A stretch of 63,452 nucleotides of DNA, counting the filler, from Sluysia triapertura (Eukaryota): assembly GCA_046118255.1 (NCBI GenBank). It is 5 parts of 5 records of this genome, joined end to end, with 100 filler letters (N's around TTAATTAATTAA, not from the genome) between each part and the next. Parts side by side here need not be neighbours in the genome. Positions count along the whole stretch, not along the records: positions 36,724 to 51,009 come from JBJNIA010000345.1; positions 51,110 to 63,452 come from JBJNIA010104321.1; 3 more parts are not named here. One strand, given 5' to 3'. Both the position numbers and the translations under genes were made by a program. Each line of letters opens with the position of its first letter. Position 1 is the stretch's first letter. The notes below the pieces were generated by a model, which did not search any database, was not told the origin of the DNA, and was given only the letters and a program-made list of their open reading frames with translations. Positions 42,508 through 55,634 of the stretch are shown here, piece after piece.

Positions 42508-44699
42508 GTTTATTATGCAGAAAAATTTTGTGTTAATTTGTGATTTATGTTTATGTATGATGGGTCCCTTACAATCTTAGTTTTACTCACTTAAGGGCTA
42601 AGTTGTATACAGCAATCAAAAGAAGTAATAATTGGAGGTAAGTAAGATTTTTAAACGTTAATTATTTTATGTAAAATAAAGTCGATTCTTTCCTTAAATA
42701 ATAATTCACGTAAAAGGTTGTAATCATACAGAAAAAACGGTGTCTTAAATTCTTTCTTTTTAATAAGTGGTATCAGATGATGCATTTCTGAACAACTAAA
42801 ACCTCCTTTGACAATTACAAAAAAAAACAAATGATAATTTACATGTGTAAGAGAAGGAATATAAATATAAGTATAAAGAACTGAAATAAACTCATAGAGA
42901 ACAAATAGTTGGATTTTGATAATTGAAAGAAAGTGAATTTAATTTAACTTAAATTAAAATAGAGCTAATGGTTAAAGTCTTGTTAAAATTGAAAAATAAT
43001 TCACTAAAAGTAAATAACATTGTATTTACTATTCTATAAAAAGATTATAAACCAAAGATCATAAGGAGTAAAGTTTAGATAATCATAAAGTCAAATTAGA
43101 ATTGAGATAATCAATGATTTTAATAGAAAAAGAATCGAGTAAAATTTTAGACCTTCACTTAGGTTAAAACCAAAACAGTTAATTATTATAAAATCAAGAC
43201 TTCTTAAGTAGTTAGACCCTCCATTAAAAATCCTACGGGAAATTCGCGTAAAGCATAAAACATTAATCGTAGGTGAACCTAGTAGTTAGTTAAGTTAGTA
43301 GTTAAGTTAAGAAAACACTAACAGCTTTAACTCTCAGCCGTGTGCATTATCAAATTGATTTTTAACACTGCAAAATTATTTTATATGAGGATGAAGCCGA
43401 ATTAGATTTCTTCAGAAAAGACGGGTTTATAGGATTTTATCAATTAATCTACGTTGAAATGTAAAATGCCTTAATCTTTTTACTATTATAAAACAGTTTC
43501 GTTTGAATTGTAAATTCTAATTATTAGTTTATGAACGCATTAAAATTTTCTTCCACTAACTTTGTCGATTAAATAATGAAATTAACATTGAATATAAGAC
43601 AATTTAAAAGGAAAGAACTTTAAACAAGATACCACAACAAAATACAAGATGATAATAATAATAAATAATATGAAACTTTACAAAAATTAAGATTTCTTTT
43701 AATATTGATTTTAAATATTTTAATTTGATTTTCAAGAAACCACTAAAATCGCTCAAAAGGTAAATGATTTTAAGTCTTACATTAACCTAACAAAACAGAT
43801 TTACGCATTACATGGAAAACTTGTAAAAATCAGAATAATAATTAATGCTCCATAATTCCAGGTTAAACAATTATCATTGCTAATGGTTATGAATTTGTCT
43901 TCACTTTGTCAATTGTTGTTTTGCGTTGGAATTTCACTGTCGTAAATAACCACAATACAGCAAAATATTATAATAAATTTTTTGCTATGCACTTGAGCCA
44001 AAATTTGCCTCTAAGAAACTATTTATCTTTTCACTCATGAGCCAAAAATTATTATTTTTGTTAAGCTTTCAATTCCTTTTTTACCATTCAAAAGTTATTA
44101 TAAGCAATTAAAAACAATTGTATTATTTTCAGTGAAATTAATTAAACTAAGAGTTCGTCCGTAGGATCTTGGAATATAAATTATTAAAGTGAGGTTAAAT
44201 GCTTAAAAGCAAAATTCATATGACTTTCAAATGATCGTGTTAAGTAAGACAGTATGCACTAAATGGAATAGACTTTATAATTGTTATGTGGTTACAATAT
44301 GGATTTTGTTGGGGTTCTACCTAGTTTAAATTAGATGATATATTTGAGTATCTTTTTGTACTAAGACTAAAACTAAGATTATCGTCGTGAAAAACTTTAC
44401 AAAAAAGACTTATTTTATGAAGTCGAGACTATATAATTTAATCCTTTGTGATTTTGAATCCTATTTAAAATGATTTGTAAAAATTGTGCGCGTAGATTTA
44501 GTTTTTGGGGATTGACTAAAAATAAATTTATAAAATTTAACGCATCTATTATCATGTTTGAATTGTCCAACTGTGGTTTAGGAGATGAGTAGGAGACATA
44601 TAGAATCATAAAATAAAGGAAGTGATAGATTGAAATTATAAACATTGTTGGAAATAGAATCATGAAAATAAAAACATTTATAATAAGGTTAGCAGCTAA

Positions 44700-45460
44700 A
44701 GAATACTTTAGAGTTTCATAGACCTATAGAAGGTGTTGAGACCTTGTGGAAGCTTGAAATTGACTTGAAAAACCTTTGAAGTTATTGGAGTAACTTCGAG
44801 CTTGTGAACATTGAGATAATCAGAGACATTATTAACCTTTAGGTATTCTTGAAACCTTGATAAGCATCTGGGTTCTTCGAGTAACTTTATAGAGTATTTA
44901 AAATCTTTAAAATATTTGAGAAATAAAATTGTTGTAATTGGTATTAAGAATAAGTTTAGTATAGTAATAATTAACATGAAGAAGTAGAAAAATGAATTAG
45001 AGAGGTGAAGGTGAAAACATCTAGAGCCTCCTGAATGCCTTATAAATTACGTAATAGCTTTAGAACCTCAATAAAACCTTTAAATATAGAATAAGCTTTA
45101 GTTTGAAAATAGATTTATTAATTAAAATCTTAATTAAATTAATTAAGAAAAAGTACGTTTTTGTTAATAACTTTTGATTGCGGAATGCTATGTATTTATT
45201 TTGAAAAAACCTTTCGATGAAGATATGGTTTGACAGAGTTCATGAAAGGAAAGCCTTAATGTTGAACAAAGTCAAATTTTAATTAATTTTTAATTAATTT
45301 TTAATTATGTAATGTTGAATTTTTTATACTTAGAATGATGCAAATGTAATGAATGGAATATGGGATGATTGCTATGAAAGAGGAGAATCTATAAGTGAGT
45401 TCAAAATGTTTGTGGAATTGTTTGTTTGAGAATAAGAACCTTAAAATATTTTTCATTAGA
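44700..45460. repeat. Dispersed repeat family, copy 4 (longest)
   Basis: Aligns with copies 1-3. Confidence 0.85.
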
Positions 45461-45525
45461 CAATTTGGCGTGAAAAATCGAAAATCAATTAAATACTATA
45501 AAGTGAATTGAATTCATTATTTTTA

Positions 45526-45680
45526 TGTTAGACTTCGTAAAATGGACTGACCGGGGATCGAACCCGGACTTCTCGCTGCGCAGTTCGATGCTCGACCACT
45601 GAGCTATCAGCCCCGTCTAACAATTTTATTTTATTATAGTCAATTTTACCAAATGGCACTTTAGGCCTTTTACCCCAACA
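45526..45680 (-). mobile_element. tRNA-carrying TGTT...AACA element, copy 3 (best preserved, no TSD)
   Basis: Reverse complement reads TGTTGGGGTAAAAGGCCTAAAGTGCCATTTGG...TGTTAGAC-G-[tRNA-like]-TTTTACGAAGTCTAACA. Confidence 0.8.
45543..45613 (-). ncRNA. tRNA-like Pol III unit (pseudo-tRNA, Ala-like body)
   Basis: GGGCTGA/TCAGTCC acceptor stem, GCTC/GAGC D stem, CCGGG/CCCGG T stem, A box TAGCTCAGTGG, B box GGTTCGATCCC, followed by TTTT. The anticodon stem does not pair properly. Confidence 0.75.
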
Positions 45681-48099
45681 GAAGTTAAGTATAGAAAAGT
45701 TATTGTAGATTTTGAATTAAAAAATTTATTGGTCACAATGTATCATTAGAAAATAACTAATTTTAATTTGGTCATCTCATTGAATATTGTAAATTTGAAT
45801 TTGAAGTCATTATTGAAATGTTAATAAATCTACAAAAAAGGTCAACTAAATTAGATGTTTTAGAGAAAACACTAAAAACTTCAAAAGAGATTTAGAATAA
45901 CTTTTGAATAAGATGATAAAAATCAGAAAACATAAAGAAAATATCCACGAATCCATTGCACTTAATTAGCATGTACACTAACAATCACAAACAAATACAA
46001 GCTAACAAAAATGGCATAATCCAGAGGTTCCTAAACCCCTTATCATGTTTTTCAGATAGATCCTTTGCTATTCGCTTTGAAAGATTTACGATAAAGTTTG
46101 AAAATCTAATTTGAATACGCTTTTTTAAAATAATACTGTGGGGCAATTCTATAGAATCATAAATAAAGATCATAAATTTGAACTAGAGCTATTTATTACA
46201 TATGTATCTTATTATTTTAACTTATTTCTGAGTGTAATGAATTGGAATTTAACTTTTTACAACTATTAATCCTTTGCGATCCACTGTCCAGAACCACTGC
46301 TCATATATTTCATTGACTTACATTGATTATAGTTATGTTTCTTTTCCATTTATTTAAATTGACTTATTTCATTCTAAAAATCAGTGGATCACTTCAATAA
46401 GAATGAGACTAATTATAAACCGATTTGCTTGATAAAATTTATGTAAACTAAAAATTATCCGTTACATTTTAAAAATTAAACACTCATAATACTAATGACA
46501 GCTTTGGTAATTGTAATAAAGCGATAAAATAGTATAACTTTATTAAAAATATAATTGTGTGCAGATGATTAAAAAAGACAGTTATTAAAGTCGAAATATA
46601 ATGGAAAAGTGTCGATTGGTTAATCTTTTGTTGATTATGATTCAAAATTCGTTCTATAAATAGAAATTCTTATTAGAAAGTATCAATAGAGGATTGTGTT
46701 GTAATAAATATATATTTACTTGAACCATTAAACGTCTGTCAACTATTATTCAAAATTCATTATATAAAATAGCATTAGTTTATTAACTACTAAAATATCA
46801 ATTTTCAATCTAGATTTTCTTGTTAATTATTTATTGAAGTTTCTATTATTTATTTACTCGTTTCTATTGTTAGATATAGAAATACATATTAAATAGAGTT
46901 TGTTTCTAATCTCGGTTTTAAATATCCTCACTGGTTTCGATTAGTAAATAAATGAACACTTAATTTTTTGAAGAAAAATGTATTCATAACAAAATAAACA
47001 GTTAAATAAATAATATTAGTAATAAATAATTAAAATTCTATTATAAAGAACAGTTATATTTATTTTAATGAGATATTATACAATATCGTGTCCGTCATCA
47101 TGGAAAGGAAATCACAATATTTAAAATCAGATTGTTTTAAAATTCTCCTCTATTCTTAACTTATGAATCTCCTTTTATAGTAGTTATCCTACCAATTTAT
47201 CCAGTTGGTTACCCATTCTATAATACTGTAAAATTTTATAAAATGGCCTTATGTTTTTCTTTTGAAATTAAATTAAAGAATTTCTTAGTGAATTCTATAT
47301 ACATTTACAGTTAAGGTAACTTTCTTTATATGCTCGCTTTATTTTGATTTTAAGATTCAAACTCTTTAATGTGAACTTTATCCAATGTTAATAATAACGT
47401 CAAAATAATGCTTTGAATTATTTTGTAACGAATTCTGAACTTTTATCAATATGTATTCTCAATCTTCAACAATTATTATTACTCGTTAACAAGAGTTTAA
47501 AGTATCTTAATAATTGTTTTACCTTATATCGTATAGACTCTTTATCGTCTTGCTTTGTATAGTATTTGTCTTAGATCTATTTTATCTAAAAGTGTGAGCT
47601 GCAATATTCGTTTCGTTGACCTGAAATGGAAACGCAAAGCATGTGTAGATTCTGTTTTAAGATTAAATATAATAGTCAAATACTTGAATTACTAAAATTA
47701 TCTTTTATTATCACGTGGTCTATTAGCCTGCTTTTTTCTGGGAACTCTACTTTCAATAAAAGATCTTCCTCAATAAAATTTATTATAAAATTTTTTATAA
47801 AAATGCCAAAATTAAATATCAATAATATGAATAATAGAATAAGGAAAAATTTTGTTATAAGAATTTTATAGTTAGTTATATTGTATTTAATAATGAAAAA
47901 GATTTTTCTTTTAACTTTTACAAAATTTACAATAAAAAAATTAAATATATTATTATTCAGGCTAATTAGTAATAAAAAAATCACTTACTCAAATAATTAT
48001 CAAATTCTATGAAATAAGGATAACTTGTTCCTTTAAATTTTTGTCTTTGGAATTTATTTAATGTCGTTATATTCTCGAAACTTCGTTAATTAGTTTGTA

Positions 48100-49700
48100 G
48101 ATCATTACTATCAATTCTAGATTTGGTTAGAGCGAAGAAATATTTAACTTGTTGGAAAACTGAAATTTAACAGAACTTCTTAAAATTTTGATTTTTATTT
48201 TATTCTTAATATAAGTTAACCTAATCAAAATATTAACAAATTTAATTTTTAAAACCATTACAAACTGTACAACAAATAAATTGAACAAGCCAATAAAATT
48301 TTTATTATAAATATTATATGAAGGAACGCAACAAATATAAATATACCTATAGTTATAATGCAAGATTCTTTTAAAATTTCGAATAGAAGCGTGATCCATT
48401 TGATAACTAGTCTGCCTACTTTAGCATAAATGAATATTAAACAAAAACTATCAGATCTCGATTCATTACATATCAAAAGACTTGAATTGATACTTATACA
48501 AAAATTTCGAAACTTGACATGATTTTTAAATCTATTAGGACGGCATAAATAAAAAAGTGAAGTCTTTTGAGCTAAAACAAAATTAATATTTTCATCAAAA
48601 TATTGCTGAATATAATAAACTCAACATGTCGTAAAATCAAATATACAAAATTAAATTAAAAAACCCATAAATTTAAAGTTTTTAATGTAAAATAAGAAGA
48701 CATATCTAATCGTATTCCATTCTCTAAACTTATTTCATGTGATATAATAATTGTTAAATTCACGTAAATACCACTAACTGCAGACTGAATATGAATTATA
48801 CTTCGGTAAATTGATACTGCAGTTAGTATAGGATCTAATTTAGTAAATTTAATGAATATTCCATTTATAAATGATAAAATGTTCATAAAAAGTAGTTAAA
48901 ATATTCCAATAAATAATGACATACTTCCAATAGAAGTATCGTAATAAATACTTATTGTTAACATTGGAATAACTTGTTAAAAATTAATATCGATTTTTTT
49001 TATTTAGGTTTCCGAAGAAATTAACTAAAATTAATTTATATATTTTATATTTTTACGCAATTTCAAATGCGGAATGAGAAATTGATCTGTATTTTTGAAC
49101 ACTCGCCTATAATTTCAATAACTTTTCGTAAAAATACTTAAAATCAGATCCATCACTATAAATAATATACGAAATTTCACAAAATAAAGATTTCAAATTT
49201 TGGTGATGTGCAGTTACTGCACTTTGTAGACTATCATATTTGCTGCAGCTTTCTTTGTATTTATTTTCGTTACCAGATGAATAATACACTGGATTTTCAT
49301 GTGATTCTGAAGAAAACTGACACGTAAAGTATATATCACAGAAATCCATTATCTCAGAAATTCGTAAAACATACTTTCTTTCTGATAAATTGTTAACAAA
49401 ATATCCACAAAAACAATTACATCAAATAAAGCAAGAATAATATATAAAAGTTGTTTTTCCATCGTTTCTTTACTCTTGATATATAAATTTGTACAATCAA
49501 GAATAAGTAGCTTTTGATCAATATAAAAATGAGTAACTGCATCTGGGGTTAGATTTTCAGAATGAATTTCTGGGAATTCTTTATTATTTTCACAATTTAA
49601 TAATTTATTATCAATAACTAAATTATCAGCATTCTCTAAAAATTTTACAATAAGAACTATTAGTGCTTCGTCAACCATAAATCTTTTGTAAACTCTTCAA
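48100..49700 (-). pseudogene. Decayed CYLD-USP-like family locus
   Basis: QLLYIILALFDVIVFVDILL (cf. [22 protein letters not shown]) and LAQKTSLFYLCRPNRFKNHVKFRNF (cf. [25 protein letters not shown]). Chain of broken ORFs. Confidence 0.4.
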
Positions 49701-51009
49701 GTGACCTAATTTGTATATTTATATGTTTATATAAATAATGACTTGTGGTGTGTAAGTTAATATTTTCTATTTGAATGAAATTGTCATTTTTCGACCTAAA
49801 ATTTTCTGAATCATACGAATTCGTGATTTTTTCTTGTATAAGTACCTTCTGATTTGCTTTCCCTTTTGTATATAGATTTGTATATAGATTTGTATATAAA
49901 CAGTGATATTTGCATAAGTCAAATATTGTTTATGTTTAGAAAATATAAGTAATTCACAAAACTTCTTTAAATAAATTTGAAAAAAACACAATATTTTATA
50001 GCATAATTCCTAAACATTTCTAATTGAAACGTCACATACAATGGTGCTATTACTATTGATTGGTGCCATGAATTGATTGGGATTTGACCAAGATTTTGAT
50101 GCTTATTGACTATTTAATTGTGTTGATAATTATGATAATAATAGTTGACTTAAAAGTTATCATGCATATATACATACAGAAAATAAATAAATGTATATAC
50201 AAGTATACATACGTAGATGTATATTTTCATATACACACATGAAAATAAGAAGGAAGTGAAAAGTAAGATAGCTGCGATAATAATAAATTTATGATAAAAA
50301 CAATTGTGAGATTAAATTTATAAGAGAATTATTATGTAGCTTAAAGTGATAATGCTGATAGAGTTACGATGACATGAAATTATTGTGAGAGTAATTATTG
50401 TGGTAGGAGTTGTGATAACAATGAGCGTAACTAATGATAATTATATATAATGACTCAAGTAAATTATTTAGTGTTTTGTTTATGTAAGAAATGTTCATTT
50501 GTGATGAAATGTATTTGTGATTTTGATGTAAAAATGTGGAGTTCCCTATAGTAAAAGACTATTTATCGTCGTAGTTAATTTACAGATAAGTACTTTATTT
50601 ATTCTTATACCTTTTAAAATTTTGTGTGGTGGCTGTATTATGTATGCATAAAATTTTGTTAATAATTTTATTAATAATAGCAGATAGCAAAATTTAATAA
50701 TCATCACAATAATATAGAACATAGTAATAATTTACGGTATTATAAACTTTAATGACATCGTAATAATTTGTACTATTATAAATTTTAAAGTAATAAATCA
50801 CATAGTAATATTTTGTTGATACATAATAATTCATTAATAATTTATTAATAATTTATTAATAAACGTAATAATTTATTAATCAATTAACACGTAAAACTAA
50901 ATTATTCTATTCAACAAAAATTCTACAAAAATTATCAAATTTATAGAAATTAATATAAAGAGATAAAAACAACTAGAAAATTTTGAGATTAAAGCTCCTA
51001 GAGCGTTTA

Positions 51010-51109
51010 NNNNNNNNNNNNNNNNNNNNNNNNNNNNNNNNNNNNNNNNNNNNTTAATTAATTAANNNNNNNNNNNNNNNNNNNNNNNNNNNNNNNNNNN
51101 NNNNNNNNN
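51010..51109. other. Artificial contig spacer
   Basis: N44-TTAATTAATTAA-N44. Confidence 0.97.
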
Positions 51110-51406
51110 CTTTTGTTTATATATTTTTACTTGAATAATTTATTTTAAAATTTGTATAAAATTTATTTAAATTTTTTGAATTGATTAATTTATGCAACAA
51201 GGTTCAGTTGAAATGAATGAAATAATTTTTCTTCAAAATATAATACTGTAGACTTCGATAATAGAGTTATAATTTTCATAAATAATAATAATAATGATAA
51301 TAATAATAACAATTATATAGAAACTTAATAAAAATAACCAATTACTCCAATGTAAATATTATTTTTATTCGATTAGGCGGTTCAAAATTAATGTAAACAA
51401 TTTTTA

Positions 51407-51453
<47 letters not shown>

Positions 51454-52967
51454 TAATTTGTAAAGTTCAATACAAAATATAATGCGCTTAGTGTGCTTCA
51501 TACTTATCGTTACTAATATGTTGTATTTCAGTTATAGTTTAATTAACTTATAATAGCTTTTAGAGCGACTACAAAAGAAATTTATAGACCTAAGATCCTT
51601 ACTGAAATAAATATTAAACTAATGCGACTTAAGATCAACAAAACTTTACAATGCATAACTTTTGAGCAACGATTCTGAATGCTTAAATCACAAATATGAC
51701 AGGTATTTATTGAAAGCATAATTGAACCTAATTTGAATAAAATTCTGAAAAAGAATTAACAATACTTCTCGTTTTGAATCTAAAGCATTTATATTATTCT
51801 AATCAGTGATATATATTTCTAATCAGTAATATATATCAGTAATATATATTTTTGATTTTATAATTTTATTAAAATTCCTTCTACTAGCATGATATATTAA
51901 TGTCTTTAAACTTGATTAGCGCATCTCTAAAAATGTATTAGTAAACGTAACAATACAAAAATCTTTACGAAAATATAAGTTATCATAGTTTGACATAAAA
52001 CTGTAGTGGACCACCTTTATAACTATAAAAAATTCAAAAATTTAAAAGAAAAACTAATTAAATCTTCAACACCTCAATATTTATACATTCACAAATCAGT
52101 TCTTTTCCTTAATCTAAGCTATATTCAAAAACTTATAATATATAAATCACAATTACATTTAATACCATTAACTTACACCAACAAATTTATCTGAAACATG
52201 TAAATTATCTACTTTACACCTTCGGATCAATTACAACATCTTAAATTCACGATTCGTCTATGCATAATCACCAACAACACAATATAACATCATCAAAAAC
52301 ATCAAATACACAAATCACATAAAACATTGTACAATAATATTTTAAATATACCAAGAGTTGTATTGCAGTTGCCTTTTTAGATTTACTAAATTACAATCTT
52401 CTCAATAAGCCTTTTATCCACGATCTTCCAACACCTAAATATCGTTTTCAATTATGAACTTCAATACCATCTAAGAACTCATTCTAACATTCTCTATTTC
52501 ATCTAACGACTTAAATCAATTATTATATCTTCAAATGTTAACTAAACTTATCAACTCATTCAAAGCAATTTTTACTCACAACTTTAGTTCCCAACACATT
52601 TTAAATTTATTCCAATATGTTAGAAATCTTTAAGAATTAATGGAAGATCGTGTACAGTTTTAAAGAATTCAATTGTATACAATGTAATAACAACAATAAC
52701 TTGAACATTGTGCACCTTGTTACTGATGTTATTGCATTCAATTTTATCAATTTATGCTTCATTTTAATTTATTATATGTTGAGAAGAAAGACTAGAAGGA
52801 AGTTCGTGTTACACAGAGACAAGATTTTATGCATTTTACTTTACTTTTCTTTTCCTTTTTTTGTTAATAATAATAGTAACAATATTGTTATTGTTGTTAT
52901 TATTATATCAAATTATCAATTTAATTATATAAAAATTTATTGATTAAATTTTATAAAATAACATAAC

Positions 52968-53140
52968 TGGTTACTACCATCACCAGTGTTGACATTTTTC
53001 ATCACAATCATCATTATTGAGTCAACACTGATGATAACCAATCATTCATTAATACTACTTCTATAAATAAATATTGGTACTCATAACTGTCATCTAATTT
53101 TATTAAACTGTATACTAGATAATCCTGATTGGATGACCAA
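52968..53140 (+). promoter_or_regulatory. Twin inverted repeats upstream of locus E
   Basis: IR1 atcaccagtgttgac (52979-52993) / gtcaacactgatgat (53021-53035), 14/15, with outer tggtta/taacca. IR2 gtcatctaat (53089-53098) / attggatgac (53128-53137). Confidence 0.7.
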
Positions 53141-53319
53141 CCACTGCACTATTCTAAAAATAAAACTACATTAATGTAATAAATTTTTATTGATTACAAT
53201 ACAATTAGATAAATGTTTTAATAATAACACTTTTACTCGAGCTAAATTCTCTACATCGTTGATATTATAATATTTTACGTCTTATATTATACTAATCCAA
53301 ATTAATTAATCAAATCTTA

Positions 53320-54400
53320 ATGGAAATACAATTTATAAACTATCTATATTCGACAAACAATGAATTACTATCGTGTTCTCCTGATTCATTTCAAAGAATT
53401 GATCTTGTTGAATTCAATAAAAATTCGCAATTGAATAGGACAATCCTGATGGTAAATAATCAAGCATTGAATTTGGTTCGTAATCAACCTCGAGCCAATA
53501 CTCTTATCGCATCAACTTGTCATTACGTCGTCTCCAAAGATTATGTGATATTAAAGTCAGTAAATATGTGCTATTCCAACAAGATTAATGAATTCATGAA
53601 TAAGATAAGTTTAATAAATAAACTTCTACAACAACCTAACACTTTGCGAAAATATTACTATCAATTGGTCATATTTATTATTAGACATAGATGATTCAAT
53701 TACATTGTTAAAATCACGATCTATGAAAGCATTTAGCAGATCTAAGTCAATGAATGTGATCATTGTTATACTGAAAGATCATGTAATAGTATATATAGCA
53801 CAAACAATATGCTTACTGATGTCATTGTTTTTACCATAAAGTATAAAGAATCCGATTTCGTATTATCGATCATTTTAGCAAATGAAAATAATAGATTTAA
53901 TAAATTAAAGTTTATCTCGGTTCGAATTATTTACATTATTAATAAGATTTCCGCTCATAATGGCTTATATGTTTTAGTTCATTTCGTTAAACTTATCATA
54001 AAGAGTGGACAGAATAAAGTATTATCCAATTTTTAGAATTGTCAAACATTTATTTCCGAGATCCTCAATCCAATGTAACCACTCTACGATCCAAAATGAG
54101 ATTTGAGTTTTTATTCAACGTTCCAATTGAACTCAATGATACAGATACATTTAACATATATATAAGAAAATTCTGCGACTTAGATCCCCTTCAAAATAAA
54201 CACAAGAACTATCGTGAAAATTTATTCGCATTAAATTTTTATTTTTTATATTCATACTTTTATATAAATATTCTATCTTTTTTAGATTGTTTGCCTTGCT
54301 TTAAGGTTCATTATGTATATTGGAATGCAGATCGGAAAACGATATATACAGATTTAGTAATTAACAAAATTTCAATATTCAATTGTTTTCATCATAACTC
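53320..54400 (+). pseudogene. Locus E: decayed CYLD-USP-like (C-terminal half) gene
   Basis: NECDHCYTE (cf. B-box YECRECYDD) followed by FVLSIILANENNRF (cf. MELFAVLCIETSHY). In-frame stops and probable short introns. Confidence 0.4.
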
Positions 54401-55449
54401 TATCTGTAAAATAATAAAAGTTTGTCTTTGTGTATCTCTTAAAGATCCTATTATTAATATATTATGGAACAATTATAATTTTGTAAAAATTTCTTATAAA
54501 ATAAAATATAGTTTTAAGAAAAACCAACTAAATAATCCTAAGTTATTCGTAGACAATTCTAAAAAAATTAAATCCATTAAATTATCTTATCAGAATTTCT
54601 TGTCGTACAATAGATTTAAAGAAATTAAAGAATTTATCATAATTTTATTAATATATTTTAAAGTAACCACTTCGAACCGATTTTCGGCCATTTAAACTAA
54701 TTTTCCAAATTATACTATTTTTTCAAATTGGTGTAAAGAATTTAAAATAATTTTTCCAAAAAGATAACGAAAAATAAACTTGCGATTTACCAGGATTTCC
54801 GAGATCTGAATACGTTAATTATAAAGTGTTGTTATTTACGTTAATCGAAGCACGTAATCTGTATCAAATCAAAATTACGTTTTTAAGTTAAACCTGTTAC
54901 TTAATCGAGTTAATCAAAAAAAACCATTCGACAAGCAAGTCGATAATTATTATTCGATATTCATTTTGGTCATTTTCAAGCGTCTGTAGAATCAAGAGAA
55001 CGAGTTGATTCATTGAGTGAATTGGTAATCGATCCTCCGACAAAATCACATTCAAAAATTCATATGGACATTTTTATTACTATTATCATAAGATTATTTT
55101 CAAGTTTCCTTACATGCACCAGGCTAAAATCCATATAATCATAACAAATTTTTAGTAGTAGCTTTAAAATCAACAATAAAATCTTAAATCGATTTTAGTT
55201 TTCATTAATATTTTAATTTATTATTGTAACTCTTGTTACTGTTTTGTCAAACCCTATCTGATTGTAATTATATATACTTATTACTGTTGTGGTTTTTCTA
55301 ATTCTTAACCTATGTCAAAGTATTTTTTGATCAGGGTCCGGTTACAGTAAACATCTTACAATTCACAATTCCTCCAACAAAGACACATAAAATTGAATCA
55401 AACTAAACTGATTTTTCAAAATAGGGATGTTGAAATGGCGATTTTCATT

Positions 55450-55634
55450 AAACTGATGCTAGTTTATGTCATATTCATAAGCCAATAAAAATCGATGGAA
55501 TGTTCTAAAACATTCCAGAAGCTTCTATTCTATTTTTAGAAGCGGATTTTCTTTTTTCGAAAAATAATTTCGTTTTTTTAAATGATTTTAAATAATTTTA
55601 AGTCATTTTATAGGGTTGTGATGACAACCTAACA
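55450..55634 (-). repeat. Inverted copy of the 12681-12890 LTR-like repeat
   Basis: Ends gatgacaacctaaca (reverse complement tgttaggttgtcatc). Confidence 0.7.

Noticed and set aside
45543-45613. Functional tRNA gene
   Set aside because: The anticodon stem does not pair, the anticodon region varies among copies, and the unit is embedded in a repeat with defined ends.
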